DNA of 64,000 bases from the human T2T-CHM13v2.0 reference genome, Homo sapiens, in NCBI RefSeq assembly GCF_009914755.1, contig NC_060933.1; one strand, written 5' to 3'. Every line of letters starts with the position of its first letter. Position 1 is the first letter of the stretch. Both the position numbers and the translations under genes were made by a program. Shown here piece after piece: positions 41,658 to 55,734 of this stretch. Under the pieces are notes generated by a model, which did not search any database, was not told the origin of the DNA, and saw only the letters and a program-made list of their open reading frames with translations.

Positions 41658-41958
41658 TAGTCTATCATTTTATACTGGTTGAATTATGTTCCCATGGACA
41701 TAAATTAAAAGAAAAATGAAAATACTTTTAATAACAATTTTGACTCTTTTAAACCATCTGTGAGGCAAAGATAAATAGGATGGAAAAGGCAAACTATCTA
41801 GAAAATAATGAAAATGAGAATACTTTTTTTTTTTAATCCAAAAACCTATGAGACATAGCTAAAGCTCTATTTAAAAGAGAATTAATAGCTCCAAAAGTGT
41901 TCATGTTAAAAATGAACTGAAAAAATTAAATATAGAACTTAAGAAATATAAAATATCA

Positions 41959-42280
41959 TGCTGGGTGCAGTGGCTCACGCATGTAATCCCAGCACTTTGG
42001 GAGGCCCAGACGGGCAGCTCATTTGAGCCTAGGAGTTCAAGACCAGCCTGAGCAAAATGGCGAAACCCCTTCTGTACAAAAAATACAAAAAACTAGCCTG
42101 GTGTGGTGGCATGCACCTGTAGTCCCAGCTATGCAGGAGGTTGAAGCGGGAGGATAGACTGAACCCAGGAGGTTGAGGCTGCAGTGAGCTGTGATTGTGC
42201 CACCGCACTCCACACTCCAGCCTGGGCAACAGAATGCGACCCTGTCTTTAAAAAACAAATAAATAAGAAATAAATAAAAT
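41959..42280 (+). mobile_element. AluJ within old L1 (41700-43230)
   Basis: gagcctaggagttcaag, gttgaggctgcagtgagctgtgat. Confidence 0.9.
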
Positions 42281-42563
42281 CAAACCTAAATAGAATAGGA
42301 GGAAAGAATTCATAAAAGTGAAATTATTTTAAAAGAAAAACAACTGAAAAAAAGATATAACGAAGCTGATCTTTACAATTAAACTAACTCTGGTAAGCCT
42401 AGTTAAGGATAAAAGAGAAAAGTGAAAACATGCAACATTAGTAATTAGAAAAGATGCAAAAGGCATTTTAAAAATTGTGAAAGAATAGGTACAGGTCAAT
42501 TTTAAGGTAATATATGATTTGCTAGCCAAATATAAATAACCCAGATTCACTTAAGAAGTGTTA

Positions 42564-42867
<304 letters not shown>

Positions 42868-43234
42868 AAGAAGTGGTAGAAAGTCAAATAAACCGTGACA
42901 CATAACAGAAATTAGAATATAGATAAAGATCTGCCATTTAGAAAGGCAGCAGGACCAGATGACTTTATCATTAACATCGATCTAGCCTCAAAAAACAGAC
43001 AATTCCTTTTCTTATAACTACACACAGAAGAAGATGAAAGGATCCCATAAGTGATGGTATGAAACAAGGATAGGCTGAATAACAAAATCAGATAAAAATA
43101 CCTAAAAAGAGAACTATAAATCAATATTTACTAATAAAAACATAAGTATTCTAAGTAAAAATAGAAATTTTAGTTTATTCAAAAAACAGCATACTTGGCC
43201 AAGTAGATTTTATTCCAAGTATACTGGTTTTTGA

Positions 43235-43642
43235 AGGGAAGCCCGGCCTAGATCAGCTGACTGTCAGCCAAGCCATAGACTCCTGAGCAATATTAATGCT
43301 TACTGTGGCATGCCACTGAGATTTTGTAGTTGTTTGGCATACAGAATTATTGTGACTGTAACTCTAGTTAACTATTATAGTTAGCTCCTCTGGACCATGT
43401 GCCTTTATGACCTTTTCCACTTGTTCCTTCATGTTCTTTTGTAGGAACTAAAGCCAGCATTTTGAGGATAGAAGCCATGTGCTAGGATAAAGGAAAAGAA
43501 AAGTAGAAGGAACCTGGGTCCTAAATTACCACAGGGCTACCATGTAGCCCTGGACTACCTACACTCAGATGTTTTTATGTTTATTCCATTGTCATTTTTG
43601 GTGCTCTGGCATATGAAGTCAAACCAAATCCTGACTTATATA
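43235..43642 (+). mobile_element. Old MaLR/ERVL-type LTR fragments
   Basis: atgccactgagattttgtagttg; gaaggaacctgggtcc...ccctggactacct. Confidence 0.55.
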
Positions 43643-43649
43643 CAAATGG

Positions 43650-45480
43650 TCTGTACATTGTCAAATCCTATGGCCAGTTTTCAGCCTTTCTCCTACTTCA
43701 TCCGTCAGCAACATTTGGCCCTGCTGGTCACGCTTTCTTGAAAGCCTGTCTTCACTTTGCTTCTTGTACCCCACTCTTTCATGAATCTTCTTTTAACTCA
43801 TTGGCTACTCCTTCTCAGCCTCAATTTCTAGATAGCCCTCATCTTCCTTAATTCTAAATGTTAGGGGTACTACCAGGCTCACTTTTAAGAATTTTTTTTA
43901 ATAAATATTCAGTCTGTAGTTGATCTTAACTAATTCCTTGACCTTAAGTACAATCTATAAGCTGTCAACTCCCAACCTTATTTTCCAGCCCTGACATCTC
44001 CCCTGATCTCATCTTACTGCTTATTCAACATCTCTACTTGATGGTCTAATAGGTATCCCAAATGTCACATGTCCAGAGCTGAATTTGTGCTGCATTCCTA
44101 TCACTCCCCCCAGTCAGTAAGTGGCAACCCTAAACTTCCATTTTGTTAGGCCAAAAAATCTTAGCATCATCCTGTCTCCTCTTTTTACTCATACTCCCTT
44201 CAAGGTATCGGGAAATTCTACTGACTCTACCCTCAGAACGTATCCAGCATGCAACAGCTCATCACTGCCTTCCCCATTTCCACTCCAGTTCAGACCGTCA
44301 ACTGAACTACTGCATCACTTTAATTGGTCTCCCTGCTTCAGCTGTTGCTCTATAATACAGCATATTCACCACCCAGCTTTCATTTAAAACACATGAGACC
44401 ATGTCATTCCTCTGCTCACAATCCTCAAGTCACTTCCCATCTTACTCAAAGTAACAGAAGAGTCTTTCCTTCAGCCTTCAAGGCCTGCATGACCTGGCCA
44501 CCAGTTCTCTATCACACTTCATCTTCTTCCTCTCCTTATACTCACTCCACATCACTACAGTGGCCTCATCAAACACACTCAAACTGTGCCCAACTCAGTA
44601 CCTTTGCACTGCAGTTCTCTGTCTGGAATTCTGTCTCCCTGGCAGCCACATGATTTTATCCCTCCTTTCATTCAAACCTTTACTCAAAGACACCTCTTTA
44701 AAGAGGCTTACCCTGACTACATTCTCCACAGCAACATATTTCACATTGCACTCTCTACCATCTACCCTGCCTTATCTTTCTTCTTAGTGGTACCATGTTG
44801 CACATATCTGTGTATCACCCATCTCTTCTATAGACCGTAAGTCATGTAACAGTGTGGGGGAGAAAAAGGAATAACTTTGCTCACCCATTGCAAGGGTTGT
44901 GGCTGACGCTCCTGTAACAAAAGATTAACAAGAGAAAAGCATAACAAATTTATTCAATTAATGTTTTATGTGATATGGGAACCTTCAGACATGAAGACCC
45001 GAAGACCCAGGAAAAAGGGTATAACTTTATACCCTTAGGTTCAATGAAGAAGGAACAGTTGTGCAGAAATGTAACTGGACAAAGGGGGAGTCTGACTTCA
45101 CACACTACGGAAAACTCAACAGTCCCTATTTGTTTAGATTCTTCTTGGCCCCCCCTGGATAATATGCCTTTACTTTGGGTATAGGGTGGGACATCTGTCA
45201 CATCAGGGTCCTATGGCCTACTTTCATGGAGGGTAAGTCAGCGAACCCCTTTATGGCCAGCTCTCACATAGACGGGTGGAAGGTCAGAGAGTGGCCTTTC
45301 CATTTCTGCTGTTTTCTCAGTTTCCAAGGTGCCATATTTTGAGGTAGCATTTTCTGAGCCCCAACAACAGCAAGAACTTGATCTAGATTTTGTCTCTTTG
45401 TTTTGTTGTTATAGATGTAATCCTAGTGCCTATAACAGTGCCTGACACATAGTAAGGATCAAATAAATATTCATTGAGGA
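43650..45480 (+). mobile_element. L2a 3' region interrupted by an ERV1 LTR
   Basis: tcaacatctctacttg...; ends agtgcctgacacatagtaagg..caaataaatattcattga. Confidence 0.85.
44853..45366 (-). mobile_element. ERV1 (MER4-group; MER31/MER34/MER39-like) solo LTR
   Basis: TG...CA ends with 4-bp TSD acag; reverse complement starts tgttggggctcagaaaatgctacctcaaaatatggcacc. Confidence 0.85.
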
Positions 45481-45577
45481 AAGGAACCTTTCTATCTCGA
45501 GCACAATCTTTCCATCTCCTGGAATGCAGTGGGCACTGCAATAAATGTTACATTCCTAAAGTAATGGGATCAAAAGG

Positions 45578-46382
45578 TATCTTGAGTTGAATCCTGTCCC
45601 CCAAAAGATATGCTGAAGTCCTAGCTCTCCTGTATCTCATTTGGAAATAAGGTCTTGGCCGGGCGCGGTGGCTCACGCCTGTAATCCCAGCACTTTGGGA
45701 GGCCGAGACGGGTGGATCACAGGTCAGGAGATGGAGACCATCCTGGCTAACATGGTGAAACCCCGTCTCTACTAAAAATACAAAAAAAAATTAGCCAGTG
45801 TGGTGGCGGGCGCCTGTAGTCCCAACTACTGGTGAGGCTGAGGCAGGAGAATGGCGTGAACCCAGGAGGCGGAGCTTGCAGTGAACCAAGATTGCACCCC
45901 TGCACTCCAGCCTGGGCAACAGAGCGAGACTCCATCTCAAACAAAACAAAAAAAAAAAGTTAAAAATAAATAAAAATAAAAATAAATGAAAAAAAAGAAA
46001 TAAAGTCTTTGTAGATGTATTCAAGTTAAGAAAAGACTGGATTAGCATGAGCCCACATTCAATACCTAGTGTCCTTAGGAGGGGAGAGAGATTGGGAGAC
46101 ACAAAGATACACACAGAGGGAAGAGGACCATGTGCAGACGGAGGTATAGTTTGGAGTTAGGCTGCCTCGGCTGAAGGAAGGCCAAGGACTGCCAGCCACC
46201 ACCAGGAGCTAGAACAGACCCATGGGACATTCTCTCCAGCAAGGCCATTGGAGGGAACATGGCCCTGAGGATACCTTGGTCTTGGATCTCCAGCCTCTAG
46301 AAGTGTGAAGGAATACATTTCTGTTGCTTTAAGTCATTCAGCTTGTGGTCATTGGTTATGGCAGCCCTGGGAAAGTAATACA
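45578..46382 (+). mobile_element. MLT1B-like MaLR LTR interrupted by AluY
   Basis: gttgaatcctgtcccccaaaagatatg...gcagccctgggaaagtaataca. Confidence 0.85.
45657..45997 (+). mobile_element. AluY
   Basis: CpG-rich; gaccatcctggctaac; TSD gaaataa(g/a)gtctt. Confidence 0.95.
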
Positions 46383-46567
46383 AAGGGTGGGGAGAACTAG
46401 GCTTTCAGCATGATCAGTTACCTCATCTGATTAAATGCCAGAATTAGAACTCAGGCCTTCCGACTCTGTGCTTCTCAACTTTATTTCCTTTAACCACCCC
46501 CCAAGGAGCCTCTTTAGGCTTTTTTTCTTCCCTAATCACCTCCTACCCCCACCTCCATAAAGTTTTT

Positions 46568-46893
46568 TTTCTTTTTCTTTTCCTTTTTTTTTTTTTTTTT
46601 TTTTTTTGAGACGGAGTCTTGCTTTGTCACCCAGGCTGGAGCACAGTGGCATGATCTGATCTCGGCTCACCGCAACCTCCGCCTCCTGGGTTCAAGTGAT
46701 TCTCCTGCCTCGGCCTCCCAAGTAGCTAGGATTACAGATGTGCACCACCACACCCAGCTAATTTTTGCATTTTTAGTAGAGATGGGGGTTTCACCATGTT
46801 TGCCAGGCTGGTCTTGAACTCCTGACCTCGTGATCTGCCTACCTCGCCCTCCCAAAATGCTGGGATTACAGGCATGAGCCACCGTGCCTGGCC
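46568..46893 (-). mobile_element. AluSg-like
   Basis: cctgacctcgtgatc; TSD tccataaagttttt. Confidence 0.93.
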
Positions 46894-47134
46894 TCCATAA
46901 AGTTTTAATACCACAGATATGCAGTATACTGTTTATGTGCTGTGGCCCTTTGAAGGGCCATAGATCATTAGAATATCTAAGTTTTAAGATTTTGCCCCTC
47001 CTTCCAAGAATTCCAAATTTTTACCTCCTGGCAGAGGGAAGTGTGGCATTGATAATGCATGCTTTCAACTGAAATATTATCTGATAATGGCCATAAATGA
47101 AATATTTATTTTTCTGTTATCAGGAAAAGAAATG

Positions 47135-47790
47135 TAGGTACAGCTCATGAATATTTATGTCAGCTCTCCCTCTGTCCTATGATGGGATTATACTTCTATA
47201 CCTGCTCAGAAGTGGAGTGAGGCCCTGTGACTTGTTTTAGGCAATGAAATGTGAGTGTAAGTACCATGTATCACCTTCCAGTAGAAGCTTTGAGACATTG
47301 TGTAATTCCCTACCTTCTCCTTCCTGCCCCTGTAATTATGGAAACACAGGGTATGATGGAGCCTCTGGGAGCTGGGACCCCAAGTGAGAGTGATGAACAG
47401 AGCTTCCCTGATGGCTCCCTGTGCACCACATCTATGAATAAGAAATAAGCTTCTGCTGTGAAAAGCCACTGAGACTTGTTTGTTTAGTTTTTGAGACAGG
47501 GTCTCTGTCACCCAGGCTTGAGTACAGTGGTACGATCATGGCTCACTGAACCTCTGCCTCCCGGGCTCAAGTGATCCTCCTACCTCAGCCCCCTGAGTAG
47601 CTGGGACTACAGGTGTGTGCTACCAGGCCTAGTTATTTATTTATTTATTTATTTTTTAAAGAGAGGGCTTCATTATGTTTCCCAGACTGGTCTCAAACTC
47701 TTGGGCTGAGGCATTCTGCCCACCTCAGCCTCCCAAAGTGCTGGGATTACCAGCGTGAACCACTGCCCCAGCCACCACTGAGATTTGAGT
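47135..47790 (+). mobile_element. MLT1I/J-like LTR interrupted by AluJ
   Basis: ggcaatgaaatgtgag, agaaataagcttctgctgtgaaaagccactgaga. Confidence 0.65.
47476..47773 (-). mobile_element. AluJ
   Basis: gagacagggtctc, gatcatggctcactg; TSD ccactgaga. Confidence 0.92.
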
Positions 47791-49790
47791 GTTTTTTTTT
47801 TTTTTTAATCAAAGAAAAACGTATCCCTTCCTCACAAACACAGTATTGCATGAGGGAAAAAGTCAGATGCATAAAATTAACTGTTCTTTTCTCCTTACTT
47901 TTAATTTAACATGGTACTCACAAGGGAAAATAAAAACTCCAATAATGTTTTAAAATGTAATTAAATAGAACATTTCTGAGCTTCTTGTTTAAAACTTAAC
48001 TTCTCACTCACTTACTGTATATTAAATTCTGAAACATAAATAAAACAAAGGTTCACTGCTCTAGAACTCTAAGTTAGAACTTCAATTCAAGTATAGATTG
48101 AACTGTTGTAAATACATGGGATGCAGGGAGACTTGCCAGGACTGAGGGCTCAAAGCTTTTTTTACACTTTCTTTGCAAGATATATGGTGCTGGATCATGG
48201 ACTCCATCACCGATGAAAAATAAAATTATGTGTTTATTGGATTTGAGTGACCTTTTCTTCCAACAATCTCAGGAAACCAAACTTTTAGCACATCCACTCC
48301 TTAAGTAATTTTAACATGCAGAGAGGATGAGAAGGTCAAACAGTTACAAGAAGTCTGCTAGCCAATGTCAGCGGAATGCATTAGGTGTCAGTAGAGTTTC
48401 TATTTCAAATATTAACAAACAGGACATAAAGCTACAGTATAGCTGGGGTGAAGCAAGAGGCATGCCGGGAAATGTGCTAAATAACCCTCAGGAATCGGGC
48501 AGTGCAGCCAGCCTTCTCAGAGAGTGCAGGAGAGGAAGAAGTAAAAGGCAATGTTTTTAAAACCGAAAGCTAGGATTTTTATCAGGAAAGATGCCTCACA
48601 CTGGAGCCTTACCCTCATTCAAATATTTATTTTGCTTGTGTAAATTCAGTCATTTGTAAAGGTAGAAAACTCTCTTTTCCATTTGCTTCATTAATTACTG
48701 TTTGCCTCCTTTCACTGAACAAATTTTGCAAGATTTTATGAAGTGTTTTCTTTGTCTGATCTTCTGTAATAGCCACCTATAGTTTTTGACACTGGAAGTG
48801 GATTCAGCCCAGAAAACAGAGCCACTGCAAGTGTTACAGGGGCCAAAGGATTTAATAAAGGAATTAGGGTTATACATATGTGGGAGAGCTACTGGGAGCG
48901 TGGGGCTGAACAGCAGGTAGAGGATCAGAGAAACAGTCCCTTAATAACTTCTGCCTAAAGAGCTGGAGCAGGAAGGGAAGCTGTTCTGGCCACCAGGTCC
49001 TCCTGAGAATAACAGCTTAGCTTTTCAAATCCCATGCAAGTTCCTCTCACTGGCAAAATCCAACCCTGAATTGTATGGGAAGGGCATTCTGAAAAACATG
49101 GCTCCCCGCTTGGAGGTGAGAGGTGGTACTGCTCAGATGACCAAATGCAATCCAGCATAGTTAATTACACATGAAAAGGGAGCTCTATTTATTGAAGTTG
49201 AGTCTGTTTATTTTAACTGATAATTGGGTTGCAAGCTAAAATTATGAATTCAGTTCAGTAAGTTGCTCTGTTAAGAGCAAAATATCAGCTGATGTATTTT
49301 TAGTTTTTCATGAAATGATTTTCATCACATTTGAGATGTGTGTTTGCAACAAAGAAAAGCTCTAATGCTAGTGGTCAGGGCAGCATCCCCCACCCTGCCT
49401 TGTTGCCTTGGCGATGGAGGCTAGACAATGGCAATATTTTGAGTAGCCTATTTTGTCTTCATCAAGAAAATAATCGAAGCTGCTTCTTCTTCTGGTTCTG
49501 AAACGTAATTCAGGTCTGAAGCATGAAAAATTCTGTGGATTGTTACTTGCACTAGAATTGAAAACTGGCTTGTAATAGGAGTCTATAAATGAATAAATGA
49601 GCATTTAAACTGTTTATCTGTAAGTAATCTAACTAGACAAGGCACGAGATAATTATCAAGGTGATGTTTTAAAATGAAGAAGAAAATCCACAGGCTTTGG
49701 TTAAAGATTCTGCATTATTTAAGATGTGATTCCCAAACCTTCAGGGTTCCCAGAAGACAGAAAAGAGGCCCCTTGTGGTTTAGAAAAGCT

Positions 49791-49808
49791 AGAGAGAGAG
49801 AAAGGGAG

Positions 49809-49852
<44 letters not shown>
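49791..49852. repeat. (AG)n microsatellite, about 20 uninterrupted units at 49813-49852
   Basis: Read directly from the sequence. Confidence 0.95.
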
Positions 49853-49857
<5 letters not shown>

Positions 49858-50185
49858 GGAACATAAAGAATGGTAAAGGCAGCTACAAAGGCACTAATAG
49901 AGCAATCTTAGGTGTAAGTAAGAAAAGAGAACACTCCTGTGATCAGGTTCTGTAACAAGCTGAACAGAAATGTGATTTAGCTTGTTCTAGAAAAGGACGA
50001 CTAGCAAGAGACTTGCTTAATTGAATAATTCTTTTTTTCCCCCGAATTCACTCTTGAGTATGTCTGGTGTGGATAATACTTGTTTAATAGCCTAGCTTTT
50101 AGCCATTTTTACATAGAGAAACCTATTCCTTGAACAAAAGCCAGACTGCATTTTTTCAGCTTATTTCATATTTAGGATCGCCCTT

Positions 50186-50229
50186 TTCTCCTAGATGGTG
50201 TGGAACTCTACTATCACCAGGTGGCAATT
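50186..50229 (+). promoter_or_regulatory. Two tandem CTCF-like motifs
   Basis: ctcctagatggtgt and tcaccaggtggcaa compared with core CCASYAGRKGGCRS. Confidence 0.45.
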
Positions 50230-50649
50230 CACAACTTTGCAGGTGAGAGACAAAGGTGAAAGGAAACTGTTCCTTTCAAGTGCTAACAGCATTGCAATTA
50301 TGATCATTTTTGACATTACAAGCCATAATTGCCAGGACAAAATGCATTTCAGAGTTTGGGCTGCTTCAACAAGTCCTGAAAAATTAATTACTAACAGTTT
50401 CCTTCAGAGTTGCTCTAAAAAATTGCAAATGCTGATTTATTTATAGCTATAGCATTTCAAAGATTTTATTTTTTCCCTTAAAATTGCTGTCAATATTGGG
50501 AAAACCTGAGTATAATTCTGCCTATATTATTTTCTATCATATTGGGTTGTAGAATCATGACCTGTTAGCTCAAATAGGCATTAGCAATACTGTTTACAAT
50601 GAGATACCCCCACCCCACCTGTATGCATTTTCTGCTATACTTTGCTATG

Positions 50650-51010
50650 ATAGTCTCAGTTTCCAGTCTCCTGTCTCCTATGACATAGGACTACCTAGCT
50701 CCCAGGGATTTTTTAAGGATTAAGGAGGTAATAATACATGGACGTGGCTAGTATAGTGCCTGCCACATAGTAAATGCTAAATAAATGTCAGTTGCCTTCC
50801 CTCCATCCATACAATTTAGGTGCGTAATGGGATGACTACCGATTGTCGAGCTGTGTATCAGGCATTGTGCTAACCGGTTTCATTCCTCAAACAGCCCTAT
50901 AAGGAAAAGGAGGCTCAGCCGCTAACTTGCCCAAGATTCCACAGCAAATACCTGGCCGACCTGGAAATTAAACCTCAGGACTTTCAAACCCTTTACTGCT
51001 ATGCCATCCT
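50650..51010. mobile_element. Two MIR fragments (50650-50800 +, 50830-51010 -)
   Basis: tctcagtttcc...cacatagtaaatgctaaataaatg; gaggctcag..taacttgcccaag. Confidence 0.75.
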
Positions 51011-51798
51011 GACCTTGATTCTTCACACCAAATATGAAATCCCATCATACCTCAGGCAGCCTTTTCATCACTTCGGGGGCTGGGCTCCTATGGGAGAAAG
51101 ATTCTTGTGGTTTTACGACATTTAGTTTTTGAAACTACAGTACAGCCTTGCCAATCCCTAATGCTTGAGATTGACACAGAGAAGCAGACTTGGCTGGCAC
51201 ACAACCGAAAGTCGGCCTGCCTTCCCTCCAAGGTACAAGGATATTCAGGCTATCTAGCTTTTTGTATGACACACGTGAGACTAAACTAAAAAAAACCCAC
51301 TTTTTTAAAATTTAAAAGATACTTTTATTCCAAGGATTGATGCCCAAGCGTGTATCCAACGCTGCCCCCTGCCCACCTTGATTTTCCATTCACCTGCATG
51401 ATGCCCGCTGACAAAATTCTCTTGATTCCTGTCTACTTCTCCAAGTACCATTAAATTCTGCTTCTCTCTTCCTGGTTCCTGTGATTTCCAGAGAGTCACT
51501 GTCTTCTCATTTGGTGCCCAGCTTTTTGGGCTCCAAAAAACTCCATTTCCAAAATCACTGAGTAAAAGGTACGAATGTCCCTCTGGGTATGTGGATAGGT
51601 TGGAAACCTTTAGAATGCAGATGCCTAGAGTATGTTGAGAGGCCCCCAGTTTCATCACCACCAGAGAGCACCTTTATGACCAATGTTGACACTCCACTAT
51701 CTGGATAATGCCTCATCTAAAAAAGCCTTATAACCATAATATTGGTCCTAGAACGTGAACAGGGGTTTTAGGTAACTTCTGATGGACTTATACATACG

Positions 51799-52092
51799 TT
51801 TTTTGTTTTTGAGATGGAGCCTCACTCTGTGGCCCAGGCTGGAGTGCAGTGGTGCAATCTCAGCTCACTGCAACCTCCGCGTCCTGGTTCAAGCGATTCT
51901 GCTGCCTTAGCCCCCTTGAGTAGCTGGGATTACAGGTGTCCACCACCACACCTGTCTAATTTTTGTATTTTTAGTAGAGACGGGGTTTCATCATGTTGGC
52001 CAGGCTCATCTCGAGCTCCTGACCTCAAGTGATACTCCTGCCTCAGCCTCCCAAAGTGCTGGGATTACAGGTGTGCGCCACCATGCCCAGCC
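51799..52092 (-). mobile_element. AluSx
   Basis: Dimeric Alu, cctgacctcaagtgat. Confidence 0.93.
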
Positions 52093-52669
52093 CATGTATA
52101 TTTCTTCAAGGTGCCTTACCTAGTGAAAATAAATATAGATATAATTCTACCTTGATTTTTCACAGTGGAAAAATGAACTGGAAGATTATCTTATGGACTA
52201 TTTGCTTTGTTTTTATTTAACGGTAGAACTGAATGAACTTCTGCCATGTACAATCCTTTTTTTGTCATTTGCTTAATATCTCTGAGACTTCTAGAACTTT
52301 TACACTAATATCTCAGGAAGTAGAATAGCTGGTATCTTTTGAAACTTTTAAGAGGGACCCCGTAAAGAAGCTTGGTCCTATAACAGAGGAATCAATTAAA
52401 GCTTTTGCGTTAAGGAGCACTCATCAGTTGAACATATTCCTCCATTACAGGGTTGACCCCTGTGGATCTGTAGAAATTTCTTTGGTCAAAAAACATTAAG
52501 AGCAGTTTTCACTAATAAATCTCTTGCTTTTTCCTCTTAGAAACGTCCCTTTACTCTTATGTCAAATGTGTGAAATGTTTTCTAAAATGAGAAAGGTTCA
52601 AAAGTGACTATTTGTAAATTGACAACCTGTATGTCAGCTTTCTGTATATACCAGTTAATGGTAATTTGA

Positions 52670-53172
52670 TATTTAATCAGAGTTTTCCAGAGAAGCAGAA
52701 CTAATATTCTGTATGTGTTTATATGTATGTGCATACATATGTATTTTATTTATTTGTTTGTTTTGTTATTTAGTTATTATAAGGGATTGGCTCATGGGGT
52801 TATGGAGGCTGAGAATTTCTAAGATCTGCCATTGGTAATAGAGACCCAGGATAACTGATGATGTACTACCAGTCTAAAAGCCTATATTTCAGTTTGAGTC
52901 TAAAGGCAGGAGAAGACTGATGTCCCAGCTCAAGGCTGTCAGTCAGTGGGAGTTTCCTCTTAGCCTTTTTGTTGTATTAGGGCTTCCATCAATTGAATAA
53001 GGCCTTCCCATAATTAGAGAGGGCAGTCTGCTTTATTCAGTCTACCTTTTCAAATGTTCAAATGTTAATCTCATCCAGAAACATTCTCATAGACACACCC
53101 AGAATAATGTTTGACCAAGTGTCTAGGTACTGGATGTCCCATTCAAGTTGACACATAAACTTAACAATTACA
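52670..53172 (-). mobile_element. MLT2 (ERV-L) solo LTR
   Basis: ttccagagaagcagaac...caagttgacacataaacttaacaattaca. Confidence 0.88.
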
Positions 53173-53339
53173 ATATTCCATTGCTCATAACATTGAATGC
53201 AGCTTAAACTTTCATTCTCAGCTTATATTAAGGCTGTTAAGAACTTGACTATTTGTTGTAAACTTTAAATCCTTCTCTTTGTTAATTATGATTCAGTAGC
53301 TCTATCAAAACACATTTTATGTGTGCTTTAGGCATGTTT

Positions 53340-53780
53340 TTAAGAATAAAACCTTGGCTTGTATAATACATGTATTTCCAAGTTTAGGCTCTAGAGAGTT
53401 ACAAAGAAAAAGAAAAGCAGCCCCTGACACCTGGGAGACGGCTTCTTACTGTCCACTTGTCCTGTTGTTGCTAGGAGCTAGCCTTGGTATTTTCCTCTTA
53501 AACAATTTCACAGAATATCAAAATCAGTTAAGACCACTCTGTGACCATCAGAAATAAAGACAAAAACAAGATCACTCTCAAATCAGGTTTGAACATACAC
53601 AATAACATAGACATTGTTGGACATTTTACTAATTTGTTTCATTTCATAAAGAACCCTATATGGAAAATGAGGCTCAGCTGCTAACTTGCCCAACATCCCT
53701 CAGCCAAAACATTACCCAAACCATAAAAATGACCAAAATATCCCTCCATCCTGATTAATATGCGTGACTATTGTAAACTT
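53340..53780 (+). mobile_element. ERV-type LTR fragment (family not determined) containing a MIR-derived insert
   Basis: gcccctgacacctgggag, gaccactctgtgaccat, aaaaatgaccaaaatatccc. Confidence 0.5.
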
Positions 53781-54429
53781 TAAAACTTAACTGATAAAAA
53801 AAAAACCTTTCAGTCATTTTTGAGGTACTGCAGGAATATTAAGTACATATAAACAGTAAATATTTTCTAAAAGAAAGGTAAAGTCACTAAATTATGTTTC
53901 TTTTTATGGGTACTGGAAAGTGTTTTTATATAATAACTTGTTTTTATAGCTATGAGATAGAAAAGATTTTAACTTCAAAATAAAAGGGAATATTGGCATG
54001 ATTCAGAGTTTTTAAAAACTGGTTTACCATATAAAAATGTTGTTAGCATAACATTTTGATTTGTTCAAGACCAGTGTTATTTCTTATAATTCAAACTTTC
54101 CTACATTGGTTTGCGAGTTAAATGATCTACGTATGTTTCTGTAGCTTGTTTAAAATTAAAAATTACATATGTAATTGTATTCAACTAAATAGAATGATAA
54201 TAAATATCCTTTTAAAAGACCTAATTTTATGAAAATGTATAATACTGTAAATAAAAAATATGTTAGCTAATTTGAAATTACCAGATCCTTCACTAAATTT
54301 AAGGTCATAGAGAAATGACTGAATTCATTATGAAAAGATCTTTGAAGGCCTAAACAATTACTAAACAACTTTTTAAAGACATACAAAACACTGGTTATGA
54401 AACATGATTTGACTCATTTCTTAAAATAA

Positions 54430-54790
<361 letters not shown>

Positions 54791-55402
54791 TGGACATTTT
54801 TGTATACATCATTTCCCTACTCAAAATAGCCAAAATGATTTGAAATAAGTGCTCATAGAGCAATAAATAAAATTAATTAGGTATGTCTAAAATTCTCTAA
54901 ACTGTAATTAAGTAAATTACTATAAGAGACTTTGTCTACCAGACTTAGTACAAAAAAACTGACAAATTATAAAGTTTAACTTCTTTTGATAAATAAGTTG
55001 AATATGCTAACGTAAATATCTTTCAATTACTGAATACTTCCAAGTTAAAAGGAACATCTCATGCTAAACATCTCAGGGCACAAAGATTGATAAGACTGAT
55101 ACAATAAGTGTGCACCAAAATATTTTCCAGAATTCTAAATTCACAAATATTTTTCTCTTTTACTCATAAAGGGTCTGGACATACTGTAATGGGAATCATT
55201 TGAAACCTATTGCTTCTTTCACTCTTTCATTAGCCCCAATAGCCAAGTCATACGTATATTCTCTAAGAGCTTTAAGAACAATAGTAAAACATGTAAAAAA
55301 ATTAATTTAGCTCTAGAGTTTCCACTAAATAATGATTATCATGCTTTACAAACTCTTTAACAAAAATGCTTACAATTTTTCAGTTAAGTCACCTAATCTC
55401 TC

Positions 55403-55734
<332 letters not shown>

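Noticed and set aside
49674-49955. ORF with an RE dipeptide run
   Set aside because: Translation of the (AG)n microsatellite
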